From: Vicinamibacteria bacterium | Lineage (GTDB): Bacteria > Acidobacteriota > Vicinamibacteria > Marinacidobacterales > Marinacidobacteraceae | DNA: 64,000 nt | Assembly (NCBI GenBank): GCA_963422395.1 | Contig: OY729431.1 | Coordinates: 192,001-256,000 of the forward strand | Direction: 5' to 3' | Part shown: positions 8,306 to 18,400 of the stretch, in pieces | Layout of the letters: every line of letters begins with the position of its first letter | Position numbering within the stretch: position 1 is the first letter of the stretch | The notes under the pieces: model-generated | Databases searched by the model: none | The model's input: the letters and a program-made list of their open reading frames with translations, nothing else | Told to the model about the DNA's origin: nothing | Position numbers and translations under genes: made by a program

Positions 8306-8575
8306 ATTTCCGTTGATACTCTCGGGATTCCGCCGCATTGCCCCGGAGTTCGCCGGAGATCGCCGCTCTCGGGGGAACCGCCCGGCCCCGCGCCCCGGCG
8401 CCGGCCCGGCGCGGAATGCCGTGAATTCGTTGCGGCTCTCGGAGATTGCCGCCCTCGCCAGCGGCGGATTTCCGCCGTCCCCGCCGCCCGGCCCGCCCTC
8501 TTCCGAGCGCGGTTTCTCCGCACGCTTGTTCGCCCATTCCCCCGATGGAAACCGTTGCGGCTCTCGGGGATTTCT
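8306..8575 (+). repeat. Three dispersed copies of a CGTTG(CGG/ATA)CTCTCGG box
   Basis: Copies start at 8311, 8428 and 8553. A fourth related copy at 12171-12191 matches 8306-8326 at 17 of 21 positions. Confidence 0.6.
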
Positions 8576-8683
8576 GGAAGGCGCTTCCAGCGGCGCTCCG
8601 GCGGGAGTTCGCTTTTTCGCGGTTTGCGGAAAAATGTTCCCCGTGCCGCAAAAGCCGCCGGTCGCGCGGGAGGCCGTCCCTCG

Positions 8684-9061
8684 ATGACTGCGGAACCGTC
8701 TTGCCCGCCGCCGAGCTTCCGGCCCCGGTCGCGTCTCGCCGCCGCCGTGACCCACATCCTGGTCGCCGGCGCGGCGCTCGGGATCGCCGTCTGGATCGAG
8801 AACGAGAGCTTCCTGGTGGAAGCGCATCCCTGGCGCCTGCTCCGCGCCACCTCGGTTCTCGCCTGGCGCGCGGTGTGTGCGGTCTCGCTCTGGCGGATCG
8901 TGGACACCTGGCTGCTGCCGTGGATCTCGCTTCGCGCGGTGGTCTTCGGGGAGCGCGGCTGGGCGGAGGTCGAGCCGCGGACACGGGCGGCGGTCGCCGG
9001 CGTCTGGGCGGCCGCCCCGCACCTCTGGGTGCTCGCGTTCGTGCTGGCGAGCCCCATCTGA
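8684..9061 (+). CDS. Putative holin (2-3 TM)
   Basis: 125 aa with three hydrophobic segments (HILVAGAALGIAVWI; VLAWRAVCAVSLW; AVAGVWAAAPHLWVLAFVLA), directly upstream of terL. Confidence 0.55.
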   Translation: MTAEPSCPPPSFRPRSRLAAAVTHILVAGAALGIAVWIENESFLVEAHPWRLLRATSVLAWRAVCAVSLWRIVDTWLLPWISLRAVVFGERGWAEVEPRTRAAVAGVWAAAPHLWVLAFVLASPI

Positions 9062-9150
9062 CGGCAGGCGTCCGGGCGGGGAGCGTTCCGACGGCAGGGG
9101 TCCGGACGAAAGGGATTCCGTCAACAGGGATTCCGGCAACAGGGATTCCG
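9061..9150 (+). repeat. Six degenerate 15-bp tandem units
   Basis: acggcaggcgtccgg / gcggggagcgttccg / acggcaggggtccgg / acgaaagggattccg / tcaacagggattccg / gcaacagggattccg, in frame with terL. Confidence 0.75.
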
Positions 9151-9162
9151 ACAGGGGGCGGG

Positions 9163-10851
9163 CTGACCCGCGATTGGAGCGCCGAGGCCGCCGCCTACGC
9201 CGCGGCGGTGGACCGGGGGGTCTGGGTCCGGCCGGTGGGCCGCTTCGAGGTCGCCCGCTGCCGCCGCTTCCTCGCCGGCTCGAAGCGCTGGACCTTCCGC
9301 CCGGCCGCCGCCAACCACGCCGTCGAGTGGATCTCCCGGACGCCGCATGTGGTCGGCGCCTGGCCGACCCCGCTCCTCGAACTCGCCCCCTGGCAGATCC
9401 TCACTCTCGTCGAGCTGTTCGGCTGGGCGGACCCCGAGACCGGCGAGCGGCGCTTCACCCAGGCCTACATCAGCACCGCCCGCGCCAACGGGAAGACCTC
9501 GCTGGCCGCGCTGATCGGCCTCTACGAGTTCGTCTCCTCACCTCCGGGCGCGCGGGTGGTCTCGGTCGCCACCACCCAGCAGCAGGCGCAGATGGTGGTG
9601 GACATCGCCAGCGAGGTGGTTCGGCATCCGCGGAGCGCCTGGATCGTCCGCGACCACGGCCTCGTCGCGCGGGCGAGCCGCCTCGAACGCCGTGCCTCCG
9701 GCGAGATGCGCGCCCTGGCCTCGCGCCGAACCTCGCTCGAAGGGCTCGTCGGGCTCCGCCTCGGAATCGTGGACGAGATGGCCTCCCACGGGAACGACGG
9801 GGTGCTCAAGGTCATGGAGTCGGGGCGGGGCAAGATGGCCGACACCTGGACGCTCGTCACCACCACCGCCGGCGAGAACGCCGAAGGTCCGGGCTACGAC
9901 CACGACCGCGCCTGCCGCACGGTGCTCACCGGCGACCAGGAGGGCCCCTGGGCCGAGACCCAGTATGTGGTGGTCTGCGCCCTCGACAAGGAAGACGACC
10001 CGCTCGACCCCACCGTCTGGGAGAAGGCGGCCCCGCTCCTCGGCTCTTCCGCCCCGCTCCGCCGCATCTACCGGCAGGAGGCGGACAAGGCGGCCCGCTT
10101 CCCCGGCGACCGCGTCGAGTTCGAGATGAAGCGGGTGAACCGTTGGCGCCGGGCGGCCGCCGCCTGGATCGACCGCGACCTGTGGGCGCGGTGCGCCGAC
10201 GAGACGGTCTCCTGGGAGGCGATCCAGGGAGGGCCGGTCTCCGTCGGCGGCGACCTCGCCGGGCGCCAGGACATCACCGCCATCGCCGCCTGCTGGTTCC
10301 GCGGCCAGACGCCGCTTCTCGCCTTCCGGCTCTACCTGCCCGAAGAGTCCATCCCGAAGCTGGCCGATGGCCGCCCCTGGATCCGCGACTGGGTAGAGTC
10401 TGGCCACCTCGTTCTGACTCCCGGCGACTGGATCGACCATGCCTTCATCCTCCGGGATCTGCGCGAGCTCGAAAGCCGCGCCACCATCTTCAAGTGCTAT
10501 CTGGACCAGTACTCGGGCGCCGCGTCGCTCGCCGTCGAGCTGACCGAATCGGGGATCGAGACGCAGCTGCTGGCGAAGACCGCCCGCAACTACGGGACGG
10601 CGTCGCTCGACTTCGAGGCGCGGATCAACACCCGCCGGTTGGCGCACGACGGCAACCCGTGCGCCGCCTGGATGGTCGGTAACGCGGTGGTGGACCGCCG
10701 GATCGACGGTTCGATCCTGCCGAAGAAGGTGTCGGCGGCGTCGCGGGAGAAAATCGACGCGGTGGACGCGGCCATCCTCGCGCTCATCGCCGCGAGCGAT
10801 GTCGATCTGCTCGGCGCCAGCGGCGGCGACGAGCAGGCGATGGTGGTCTGA
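9163..10851 (+). CDS. terL: Terminase large subunit (HK97/Terminase_1 type)
   Basis: LAPWQ adenine motif, Walker A ARANGKT, Walker B GIVDE, coupling motif TTAG, nuclease GGDLA...DITA and KIDAVDA. Start uncertain (CTG 9058, CTG 9163 or GTG 9208). Confidence 0.93.
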   Translation: MTRDWSAEAAAYAAAVDRGVWVRPVGRFEVARCRRFLAGSKRWTFRPAAANHAVEWISRTPHVVGAWPTPLLELAPWQILTLVELFGWADPETGERRFTQAYISTARANGKTSLAALIGLYEFVSSPPGARVVSVATTQQQAQMVVDIASEVVRHPRSAWIVRDHGLVARASRLERRASGEMRALASRRTSLEGLVGLRLGIVDEMASHGNDGVLKVMESGRGKMADTWTLVTTTAGENAEGPGYDHDRACRTVLTGDQEGPWAETQYVVVCALDKEDDPLDPTVWEKAAPLLGSSAPLRRIYRQEADKAARFPGDRVEFEMKRVNRWRRAAAAWIDRDLWARCADETVSWEAIQGGPVSVGGDLAGRQDITAIAACWFRGQTPLLAFRLYLPEESIPKLADGRPWIRDWVESGHLVLTPGDWIDHAFILRDLRELESRATIFKCYLDQYSGAASLAVELTESGIETQLLAKTARNYGTASLDFEARINTRRLAHDGNPCAAWMVGNAVVDRRIDGSILPKKVSAASREKIDAVDAAILALIAASDVDLLGASGGDEQAMVV

Positions 10852-10862
10852 CCCTCCGAGAC

Positions 10863-12086
10863 ATGCCGACCCTCTTCGAACGCATCCGCGGCCGCTGGCC
10901 CTGGAATGACCGGGCCTCTCCAGAGAGCGGGGAGGCCGAAGAGCGGGTGGATGCCGGGGGCCCTCCGACGACGCTGTTCGGCAGCGCCGGGGTAGAGGAG
11001 GTGCTCCGCACCGACATCGGCTGGCGGGCGATCTCGGTGAACGCCGGCTCGCTCGCCGCCCTGCGCCTGCGCCATGTGTCGCTCGACGACCGGGGCGAGG
11101 AGGCCGCCCCGATCCCTGGCTCGCGCCTCCAGGCGATCCTCGACGAGCCCTCGCCGGGCACCCTGCAGGCCGACTGGCTGGCGCTGATCTCGGAGCAGCT
11201 CGACACCGAGGGCGAGGCGCTGGTCTTCATCCACCGCGACCGCCGCGCCCGGCCGCGCGAGCTCGAAGTGCTGCGCAGCCTCGAGAGCCAGGCGGAGCGC
11301 ATCGAGACGCCCCAGGGGAAGGTGCGCTGGCGGCTGCGGCTCCGCCGCGGCCGGACGCCGGTGACCTGCGACCACGGCGATGTGATCCACATCCGCGGTC
11401 CGCACTGGGGCCGCGGCCCGTTCGGCGGCGCCGCTCGGCCGGGGAGCTTCGCCGCCGGCACCGCCGCCCGCACCCATGCCGACGCGGTGACGCGGCTGCG
11501 CGAACTCTCCCGTTCGGCGGCTCTCCACGCCCGCACCTCGCTGCGCGGCGAGGCGCTCTCCAAGCTGGGAGAGCAGTACCGGCGGAACGAGCGCCGCGAC
11601 CTGCGCTTCCTCGGTGCCGGGATCGATGCGATCTCCCCTACCGGCCCGCAGGCGGGCGACAAGCTGCTGCTCGAAATCTCCGAGTTCGCCGGCCGCCAGC
11701 TCGCGACGGTGTACGGCGTTCCGTTGCTGTTGCTCGGCACCGGCGCCGCCGGCAGCTCGGCGCTCGGCGCCGGCGGCATCCACGAGCTGGCCGCCGCCTA
11801 CGAGCGCTGGACCCTGCGCCCCCGGCGGCTCCGCATCGAGGCCGCGCTGGAACAGCGGGTGCTCCGCAACCGCCGGGGGCCGGGAATGGAGGGCGTCCGC
11901 TTCGAGGCGGCGGCGGAGGTCCAGACCCCGACCGAGAAGGCGCAGGTGACCGAGGCGCTGGCGGCGAAGGCCGGCATCCTCACCCGCGACGAGGCCCGCG
12001 CCCGCCACGGCTACGCCCCGCTCGGCGGCGCCGCCGGGCACGAAGTGGCGCGTCCGGCGGGCACCCCGGGACCCTCTCCGGCCTGA
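10863..12086 (+). CDS. Portal protein (HK97 family)
   Basis: 407 aa directly after terL with GEALVFI.R, DVIHIRG, LATVYGVP..LL and ILTRDEARARHGYAPL. Confidence 0.88.
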   Translation: MPTLFERIRGRWPWNDRASPESGEAEERVDAGGPPTTLFGSAGVEEVLRTDIGWRAISVNAGSLAALRLRHVSLDDRGEEAAPIPGSRLQAILDEPSPGTLQADWLALISEQLDTEGEALVFIHRDRRARPRELEVLRSLESQAERIETPQGKVRWRLRLRRGRTPVTCDHGDVIHIRGPHWGRGPFGGAARPGSFAAGTAARTHADAVTRLRELSRSAALHARTSLRGEALSKLGEQYRRNERRDLRFLGAGIDAISPTGPQAGDKLLLEISEFAGRQLATVYGVPLLLLGTGAAGSSALGAGGIHELAAAYERWTLRPRRLRIEAALEQRVLRNRRGPGMEGVRFEAAAEVQTPTEKAQVTEALAAKAGILTRDEARARHGYAPLGGAAGHEVARPAGTPGPSPA

Positions 12087-12096
12087 CCTGCCCTCC

Positions 12097-12118
12097 GGCG
12101 GCGGGGGAAACCGCCGCC
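12097..12118 (+). terminator. GC hairpin after the portal gene (no U tract)
   Basis: GGCGGCGG-GGGAAA-CCGCCGCC. Confidence 0.3.
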
Positions 12119-12250
12119 CGCCGGCGGGAGCCGCCCTTCGCGGGGAACCGGACGAATTCCGCCGGGGGGTATTTCCGTCGACTCCCTCGGGCCGCTTCCG
12201 TTGCCCTATGATCCTTATCGGACAGCGGCGCTACTGGACACCCCTCCGCC

Positions 12251-13138
12251 TTGCCCCGCCGCCTCCGCCCGCTCTCCAGTCTGGTCGAGGCGATCTCCCG
12301 CCTCCCGCAGACCCCGCCCCGGGCCGCGTTCGCCCCCGGCATCCGGGGAGAGAACGGAGGGCGCGTCGAGGGCGGGCCGTCCGAAGCCGCGCCGGCGGGC
12401 GACGGAACCAGCGTCCTGGTGTACGGCCCGATCGGGAATTCCGGGCGGGACGAGTTCGAGCAGATGTTCGGGGGCGGCATCGCGCCGGAAGAGGTCGTCG
12501 CCGCCATCCAGCGGATCCGCGCCGGCGGGCGTCAGCCGGTGGTGCGGATGGATTCGCCGGGCGGCTCGGTGTTCGGCGCTGCGGCGATCGCCAGCGTGGT
12601 CGAGGAGACCGGCGCGCGCGTCCACATCGACGGCCTCTGCGTCTCCGCCGGAATCCTGGTGCTGCTCGGCGCCGAAGAGCGCACCGCCAGCCCGGCGGCG
12701 CGGCTCATGGTCCACCAGGCCTCGCTGACCGCCCACGGCACCGCCGCCCAGCTCCTCGAAGCGGCCGCGGTCGTCGCCGACATCGATTCGATCTTCGTCG
12801 AGCGGCTCACGGCGATGACCTCGCTCGACGAAGCAGCCGCGAAGCAGGCACTGCTCGAGAGCACCTGGTATTCCCCGGCGGCGGCCGCCGCCATCGGGCT
12901 GATCGCCGCGCCCTCCGCCGAGAAGGGATTCCCTGCAGGGAAGTCTGCAGGGAAGTCCGCCGAGAAGAAGACCGCCGCCCCCGCTTCCTCGCCTCGACCC
13001 GCCGCCGCCCACCGTCCGCCCGAAGCCGCCCCCGCGCGGACCGCAACTCCCGTCCCGGCTGCGGAGCTCACCGCCGCCGCCGCCCTCGCTCTCCGCCGCG
13101 CCGCCCAGATCCGCGCGGCGGCCGCCGCTCTCCGCTGA
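12251..13138 (+). CDS. ClpP-type (S14) prohead maturation protease
   Basis: VYGPIG, MDSPGGSV, IDGLCVS (catalytic Ser), LMVHQ (His) and ESTWYS...A...GLI; Ala/Pro/Lys-rich C-terminal tail. Confidence 0.88.
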   Translation: MPRRLRPLSSLVEAISRLPQTPPRAAFAPGIRGENGGRVEGGPSEAAPAGDGTSVLVYGPIGNSGRDEFEQMFGGGIAPEEVVAAIQRIRAGGRQPVVRMDSPGGSVFGAAAIASVVEETGARVHIDGLCVSAGILVLLGAEERTASPAARLMVHQASLTAHGTAAQLLEAAAVVADIDSIFVERLTAMTSLDEAAAKQALLESTWYSPAAAAAIGLIAAPSAEKGFPAGKSAGKSAEKKTAAPASSPRPAAAHRPPEAAPARTATPVPAAELTAAAALALRRAAQIRAAAAALR

Positions 13139-13158
13139 CACAGGAGGTTTCCCGCCCC

Positions 13159-14613
13159 ATGCCCCTCGGCCATTCCGACATCCAGGCGCTCCGCGAGCGC
13201 CGCATCGACCTGACGAACCGCGTCCAGGAGGGCGCGGCAGAGCTGGCGGAGCTGGACGCTCTCGAAGGGGAGGAGCGCGACGCCGGCGCCATCGCCGCCA
13301 AAGCGCAGCAGCTCCTCCGGGTCGAGGACGCCTACGACGAGGCCGACGCGGTGTACCGCGCCCAGGACCGCGCCGCCCGCGTCAGCGCCGCCGCCGAAGC
13401 CGCGGGCGAAGACGACGAGCCGGCGAGTGCGGCCGAGCTGCTCCACGAACGCGCCTTCCTCGCCTACCTCCAGGGGGGGATGCCCCAGGCCCTCGATGTC
13501 GTCGGCCCCGAGGCCCGCACGGCGCTCCAGACCGTCCCCGGCCGCGAAGACCCCCGCCTCGAAGGGATCGTCCCCGACTCCGCCCGCGCCGCCGCCTTCT
13601 CCACCCCGAGCAACGCCGTCCTCTTCCCACCCTCGACCGTCCGCATGATCGAGCGCATCCGCAAGGCCTACGGCGGCGTCGAGCCCTACGCCCGTCGGAT
13701 CAGCACTCCGGACGGGCGCCAGCTCGACTTCCCGGTCTTCGACCGCGCCAGCCGCGGCAAGGGGCAGGCGGCGGTCAAGGCGGAGAGCGCCGACGCCGGG
13801 AGCGCCGACTGGACGAACCTCACCAAGGTGTCGCTCGGCAGCTATCGGGTCCCCTCCGGCATCCTGCCGGTGCCCCGCGAGGCGGTGCGCGACGCGGTCA
13901 CCGACCTCGAATCCTTCGTCGCCGAGGAGCTGATCGAGGATGTCGCCCGCGCCGAGGCCGAGATGCTGATGACCGGCCCCGGCGAGACCGCCCCCACCGG
14001 CCTGGTCACGGCCACCAGCGGCGTCAGCGCATCGCACTATGTCTCGCGGACCGACACCGGCGACCCCAAGACCACGCGGAAGTGGTTCTTCCGTTGGGAG
14101 GACGCGACCGCGCTCTTCTACGCCATCGACAAGGCCTACCGTGCCGCGCCCAATTCCGCGCTGGTCGTCGGCGACGGGATGCACAAGGCGCTGATGCTGC
14201 TCCACGACAACGACAACCGGCCGTTCTGGCAGCCCTCGTCGGTGGCGGGCGAGCCCGACCGCTTCCGCGGCAAGCTGGTGATCGAGGACTTCGGAATGCC
14301 GGATGCGGTTCCCACCGAAGAGGGAGAGGTCGCTCTCGGCGTCTTCGGCGATCTGCGCTGCTTCTTCGTCCGGCGGGTGGGCTCGATGATGTTCGAGCGC
14401 TTCACCGAGAAGTACGCCGAGAAGGGGCAGCTCGGGTTCATGGTCACCAGCTGGCTCGATTCGAAGATCAAGACGAAGAATGCCTTCGCGGTGCTCCGGG
14501 CGAGCGCCATCGGAACCGACGCCGGCAAGACCGGCTCGCTCGGCCTCGCCGACGCCGAAAAAGTCAAGGGCGTCCAGCTCGGCAGCAAGGTGATCGCGAA
14601 CAGCGACGGCTAA
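13159..14613 (+). CDS. Major capsid protein (HK97 fold)
   Basis: AGGAGG RBS then ATG 13159. N-terminal coiled-coil scaffold domain; VPREAVRDA..DLESFV, G.G...PTGL, D...RPFWQPS...G.PD.FRG, GVFGDL and YAEKGQLGF. Confidence 0.92.
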   Translation: MPLGHSDIQALRERRIDLTNRVQEGAAELAELDALEGEERDAGAIAAKAQQLLRVEDAYDEADAVYRAQDRAARVSAAAEAAGEDDEPASAAELLHERAFLAYLQGGMPQALDVVGPEARTALQTVPGREDPRLEGIVPDSARAAAFSTPSNAVLFPPSTVRMIERIRKAYGGVEPYARRISTPDGRQLDFPVFDRASRGKGQAAVKAESADAGSADWTNLTKVSLGSYRVPSGILPVPREAVRDAVTDLESFVAEELIEDVARAEAEMLMTGPGETAPTGLVTATSGVSASHYVSRTDTGDPKTTRKWFFRWEDATALFYAIDKAYRAAPNSALVVGDGMHKALMLLHDNDNRPFWQPSSVAGEPDRFRGKLVIEDFGMPDAVPTEEGEVALGVFGDLRCFFVRRVGSMMFERFTEKYAEKGQLGFMVTSWLDSKIKTKNAFAVLRASAIGTDAGKTGSLGLADAEKVKGVQLGSKVIANSDG

Positions 14614-14640
14614 GAAGCGCCCCTCGGGGAGGAACGAAAC

Positions 14641-15435
14641 ATGACCGCAGCCATCCGGCCGCAGCGCTACGCGGCAGTGGACGCCGAGCGCCTCCGGTTC
14701 CAGCTCTGGAAGGACTCCCAGTGGCTCGACATCGCCGGCGTCCGCTCCTACTCCGGCCCCGACCGCACCGCGAACGAGTGGGCGGTCGGCGGCCCCCACA
14801 CCGAGGGCGAGGACTACGAGCGCGGCAAGACCGTCTTCGGGACGATGCAGCTCGATCTCCTCTGGTCGCCGCTGGTCGAGGGGCAGGCCGAGCTCGAGAA
14901 GATCTACTTCTCGGCGGATGAACGCCGCTTCCGGGTGATCCACCGGGGCGGCGGACGGGACGCCCACAAGGGCGACGGGACGGCGAGTCCGGGCCGGGCG
15001 CTCTCCGGCGCCGTCACCGGCAACTCCAAGGTCTTCACGGTAGCGAAGCAGGCGGGCGGGAACAGCGACGAGGGCACCCGCCGCACGAAGGTCCTCGCGG
15101 GCTACGACCTGGCGCAGCGCGGCGGCGGGATCGGCGTCGGCGTCGGCCTGAAACGGGGCAAGACCTATCACTTGGTGGTGATCGAAGATGTCACCGCAAA
15201 GCTCACCGCGAAGGTGCGGGCGGTGCCCGGCAAGGAACTCGCCGACATCGCCGCCGGCGAGTTCGTGGTGATGAAGCTGCCGCTCACGATGGAGTTCCAG
15301 GCCGTCGTCCAGGCGATGGGGATCTCCGTCCCCAGCGGGCAGGCGGGCTCCGGTTCGACGACGCTCCGGCTGAACAGCAGGCCGGACTACGGGATCGACG
15401 AAGAGAGCGCCCAGACGATCTACGACGGGCAGTAG
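14641..15435 (+). CDS. Major tail tube protein with an internal insertion
   Basis: IAGVRSYSGP...G...FG.MQLDLLWSP...GQAEL......ERRFRV, then about 110 extra residues, then LTMEFQAVV....SV......STTLRLNSRP. Confidence 0.7.
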   Translation: MTAAIRPQRYAAVDAERLRFQLWKDSQWLDIAGVRSYSGPDRTANEWAVGGPHTEGEDYERGKTVFGTMQLDLLWSPLVEGQAELEKIYFSADERRFRVIHRGGGRDAHKGDGTASPGRALSGAVTGNSKVFTVAKQAGGNSDEGTRRTKVLAGYDLAQRGGGIGVGVGLKRGKTYHLVVIEDVTAKLTAKVRAVPGKELADIAAGEFVVMKLPLTMEFQAVVQAMGISVPSGQAGSGSTTLRLNSRPDYGIDEESAQTIYDGQ

Positions 15436-15487
15436 CGGCCGGGAGATCCGGGCGCTTCTCGGGCGGTAGCCGGCCCTTCCTCTCCCC

Positions 15488-18400
15488 GTGGGTTTCTGGG
15501 CCAGTCTCTTCAGCTGGGGGACGCTCCAGAGCGCCCTCATCGCCGCCGCCATCAGCGTCGGCACCCGGGTCGCCTACCACCTCCTCTCCGACAAGAAGGG
15601 CCTGGACCCGCGCGAGCGCGAACGCTGGCAGCCGCAGACTCCGCGCTCACCCGCCGAAGTTCCTCGGCGGGTGATCGTCGGGCGCGCCCGCGTGGGCGCG
15701 ATCAATGTCTGGTATCGGGTGGACCGCGCCGCCGGAGCGCTCCATTCGCTCTGGATCGTCGCCGACGCCGACGAGGCCGACAACCAGCTCGGGATCGTCG
15801 AGGTGGAGGTGGACTCCTACCGCGTTCCCCTGGCTGCTGCGGACGCGGATCCGCTGCATCCCGTCGGGGCGAACCGCCGCGAGGAGATCGGCGCCCGCGG
15901 CGGCGACCTCGATGTCGTCTTCGACGGCAGCGGCGAACAGATCGGCAACACCCGGCTGCGCGAAGCCGGGTTCGAGCCCAGCGGCCTCGACGCGCCGAAC
16001 ACCATCGAGGGGGTGGCGTGGCTGCTGGTGACGCAGCGCAATCCGCTCGAAGGGAGCTGGAAGAACCGGGGGCTGCCCGAGGTCTTCGCCACCGTCCAGC
16101 GCGTCCGGAAAGGCGGCGACGGCAGCGCCCAGGAGAACCCCGCCGCCCTCGCCGGGTGGTGGCTCGCCCGCCACTCGGTGAACACCGACGCTGCCTCGCT
16201 CGCCGCCGCCGAAGCCGCCTGCGCCGAGATGATCGTGAACGGCGACGGCCAGGCGGTCGCCCGCTTCCGCTGCGGCGGCATGATCGAGAGCATCGATCCC
16301 TTCTGGCGGGTGGTGCGCGCCTTCGAGGAGGCGATGGACGGGCGCATCCTCATCGGCGGCGACGGGCTGGCCCGCTTCTACGCCGGCGTCGCCAGCCCGC
16401 CGACCGCATTCCTCATCGAGGACACCGTCGGGGCGCCGACGGTGCAGCACGAAGGGCGGCGGCGCGAGCAGCGCAACATCCTCCGCGCCCGGATCCGCGC
16501 CCACTCCGATCCCCGCCGCCGCGGCGCCGAGGTCACCGTCGAGCGCCGCGTCGAAACCTCGATCGAGAAGATCGGCGAGTGGGCCCACGACGCCGGCTTC
16601 CTCCGCCTGGTCGCCCACGAAGGCCAGGCCCGGCGGCTGCTCGCCAGCCAGCTCCGCCGCTCGCAGCGCCCGATCGTCGTCGCCGCCACCCTGCCGGAAA
16701 CCTTCGACACCGTGCGGATGCGCGCCTGGCAGCGCGGCAGCGTCCACCTCGACGCCCTCGGCGCCCGCGGTCCGTTCCGCCTCCTCGCCGACCCGAAGTG
16801 GAACCGCAGGGCCGGAACCGTCGCGGTCGAGTTGATCGAAGACCCGACCGCCCTCTACTCCGACTCCGAGGACGCGACGCTCTCGCCGCGGAACGAGCCG
16901 TCCGAGGAATACGAGCTCCCCCCGCCGGAGAACCTGCGCGCCGACGCCGACGCGGTGGTGCAGCACGACGGCACGGTCTCGGTGCAGACCGAGGTGGAGT
17001 GGGATCCGCCGCCCAAGCTCGCCCGTTGGGTGCTCTTGCAGCTCCGGCGGCCGCCGAGCACCGTCTGGGGGGACGGCTATTCCGGCCCCGCGGCCGGCCC
17101 GGCGCTGCTGACCTACACCCCGCCCGGCCAGGCCCTCGCGCTGCGGGCGCGGTTCTTCGACCCGCGGGGCCGGCGCTCCGAGTGGTCCAAAGTCCTCTCC
17201 TTCACCCCGGGCGGCGACCTGCAGCCGCCGGCGGTGCCGGAGAACCTGACCGCCGAGCCGCTGTCCGACACCACTGCGCTCGTCACCTGGAAGCCCCCGC
17301 CGGATCCGGACTACGCGAGAGCGGAGCTCTTCGCCGCCGAAGCCGACGCCGCCGCCCCGGACGCCGAAGACGCGGCCGCGCCGCGGGCCGGCGACTCGGG
17401 AAACGCCGGCGAAGGCATCCAGCAGGGGGTCCTCACTCTCGAAACCGGAGCTGCCTTCGTCTGGGCGCGCGCCCTCGACCACAGCGGCAACAAGTCGGCC
17501 TGGATCGGGCCGGTGCTCGCCCGCGCGAAGCCCCCCGCGACCGAAGTCGATGTGCAGATCCTCTACCGCCGGTCGCGGATCCGCCCGCAGCCCCCGCCCG
17601 ACCTGCCGCTCGATCAGATCTCCCAGACCGACTGGATGGCTGACTTCAACTCCGTCGGCGCCCTGACGGTCGGCGTGTCGCTCTGGCAGGCCAACCGCAC
17701 CGTCCTGCTCTCCCGCGCCGCCGCCGGCGCGGATCCGAGAGTCCTGAGCCGCTCCGCCTGGCAGGTCTCCCTGGCGGTGTCCGCCCCTTCCCTCGAGGAC
17801 AAAGTCGAACCGGGGAATCAGCGGGCCTTCTCGAACCAGGCGGCGAAACCGGTGAAGCCGATCTACCAGCCGGGCGAAGACGACGGCTGGGCGGTCGGCG
17901 GTCCGCTGACCAAGTGGACCGACCAGGCGAGCGGGGTCCTCTGGTACGGCAACGACCGCTGCGACGGGACCGGGGACGCCAAGTGGGTCGTCCACCGCAC
18001 CGCGACCAAGACCCAGGAGTTGATCGAGGGGGACGAGTACACTCCCCCGCAGCACGACGCCACCCCCTGGAGCGAGGTGGAGAGCTACACCCGCTCCGGA
18101 CCCGGCCCGCAGCCGCAGCCGAAGGACCTCCCCGAGATCCTGGTCGGCGAGACGAAGACCTTCACCGTCGGGGAAAACCCCTTCGCCGACGCCGCCGACT
18201 CCGACGAAACCGCCCCCGACCCCTCGGTCAGCGTAACGATCGAGCGGGAGAGCACCGCCACCGCCACCGTCTCGACGGCATGGCAGAACGACATCCTCGA
18301 GCTCTCGATCACCGGGGGTTCGGTGGGGGTGCTGGTGGTGCGGGTCACCATCAGCGCCCCGCAAAGCGGGCGCCTCGACGAAGTGAGCAGCTTCCGGGTG

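Noticed and set aside
8446-9057. Long N-terminal extension of TerL, or a small terminase, in the 8446 frame
   Set aside because: The translation has no TerS-like features and overlaps the better-supported holin-like ORF 8684..9061.
9061-9150. Short repeats here and at 25070-25114 as a CRISPR array
   Set aside because: Units are 15 bp and contiguous with no spacers, lie in reading frame, and no cas genes are present.
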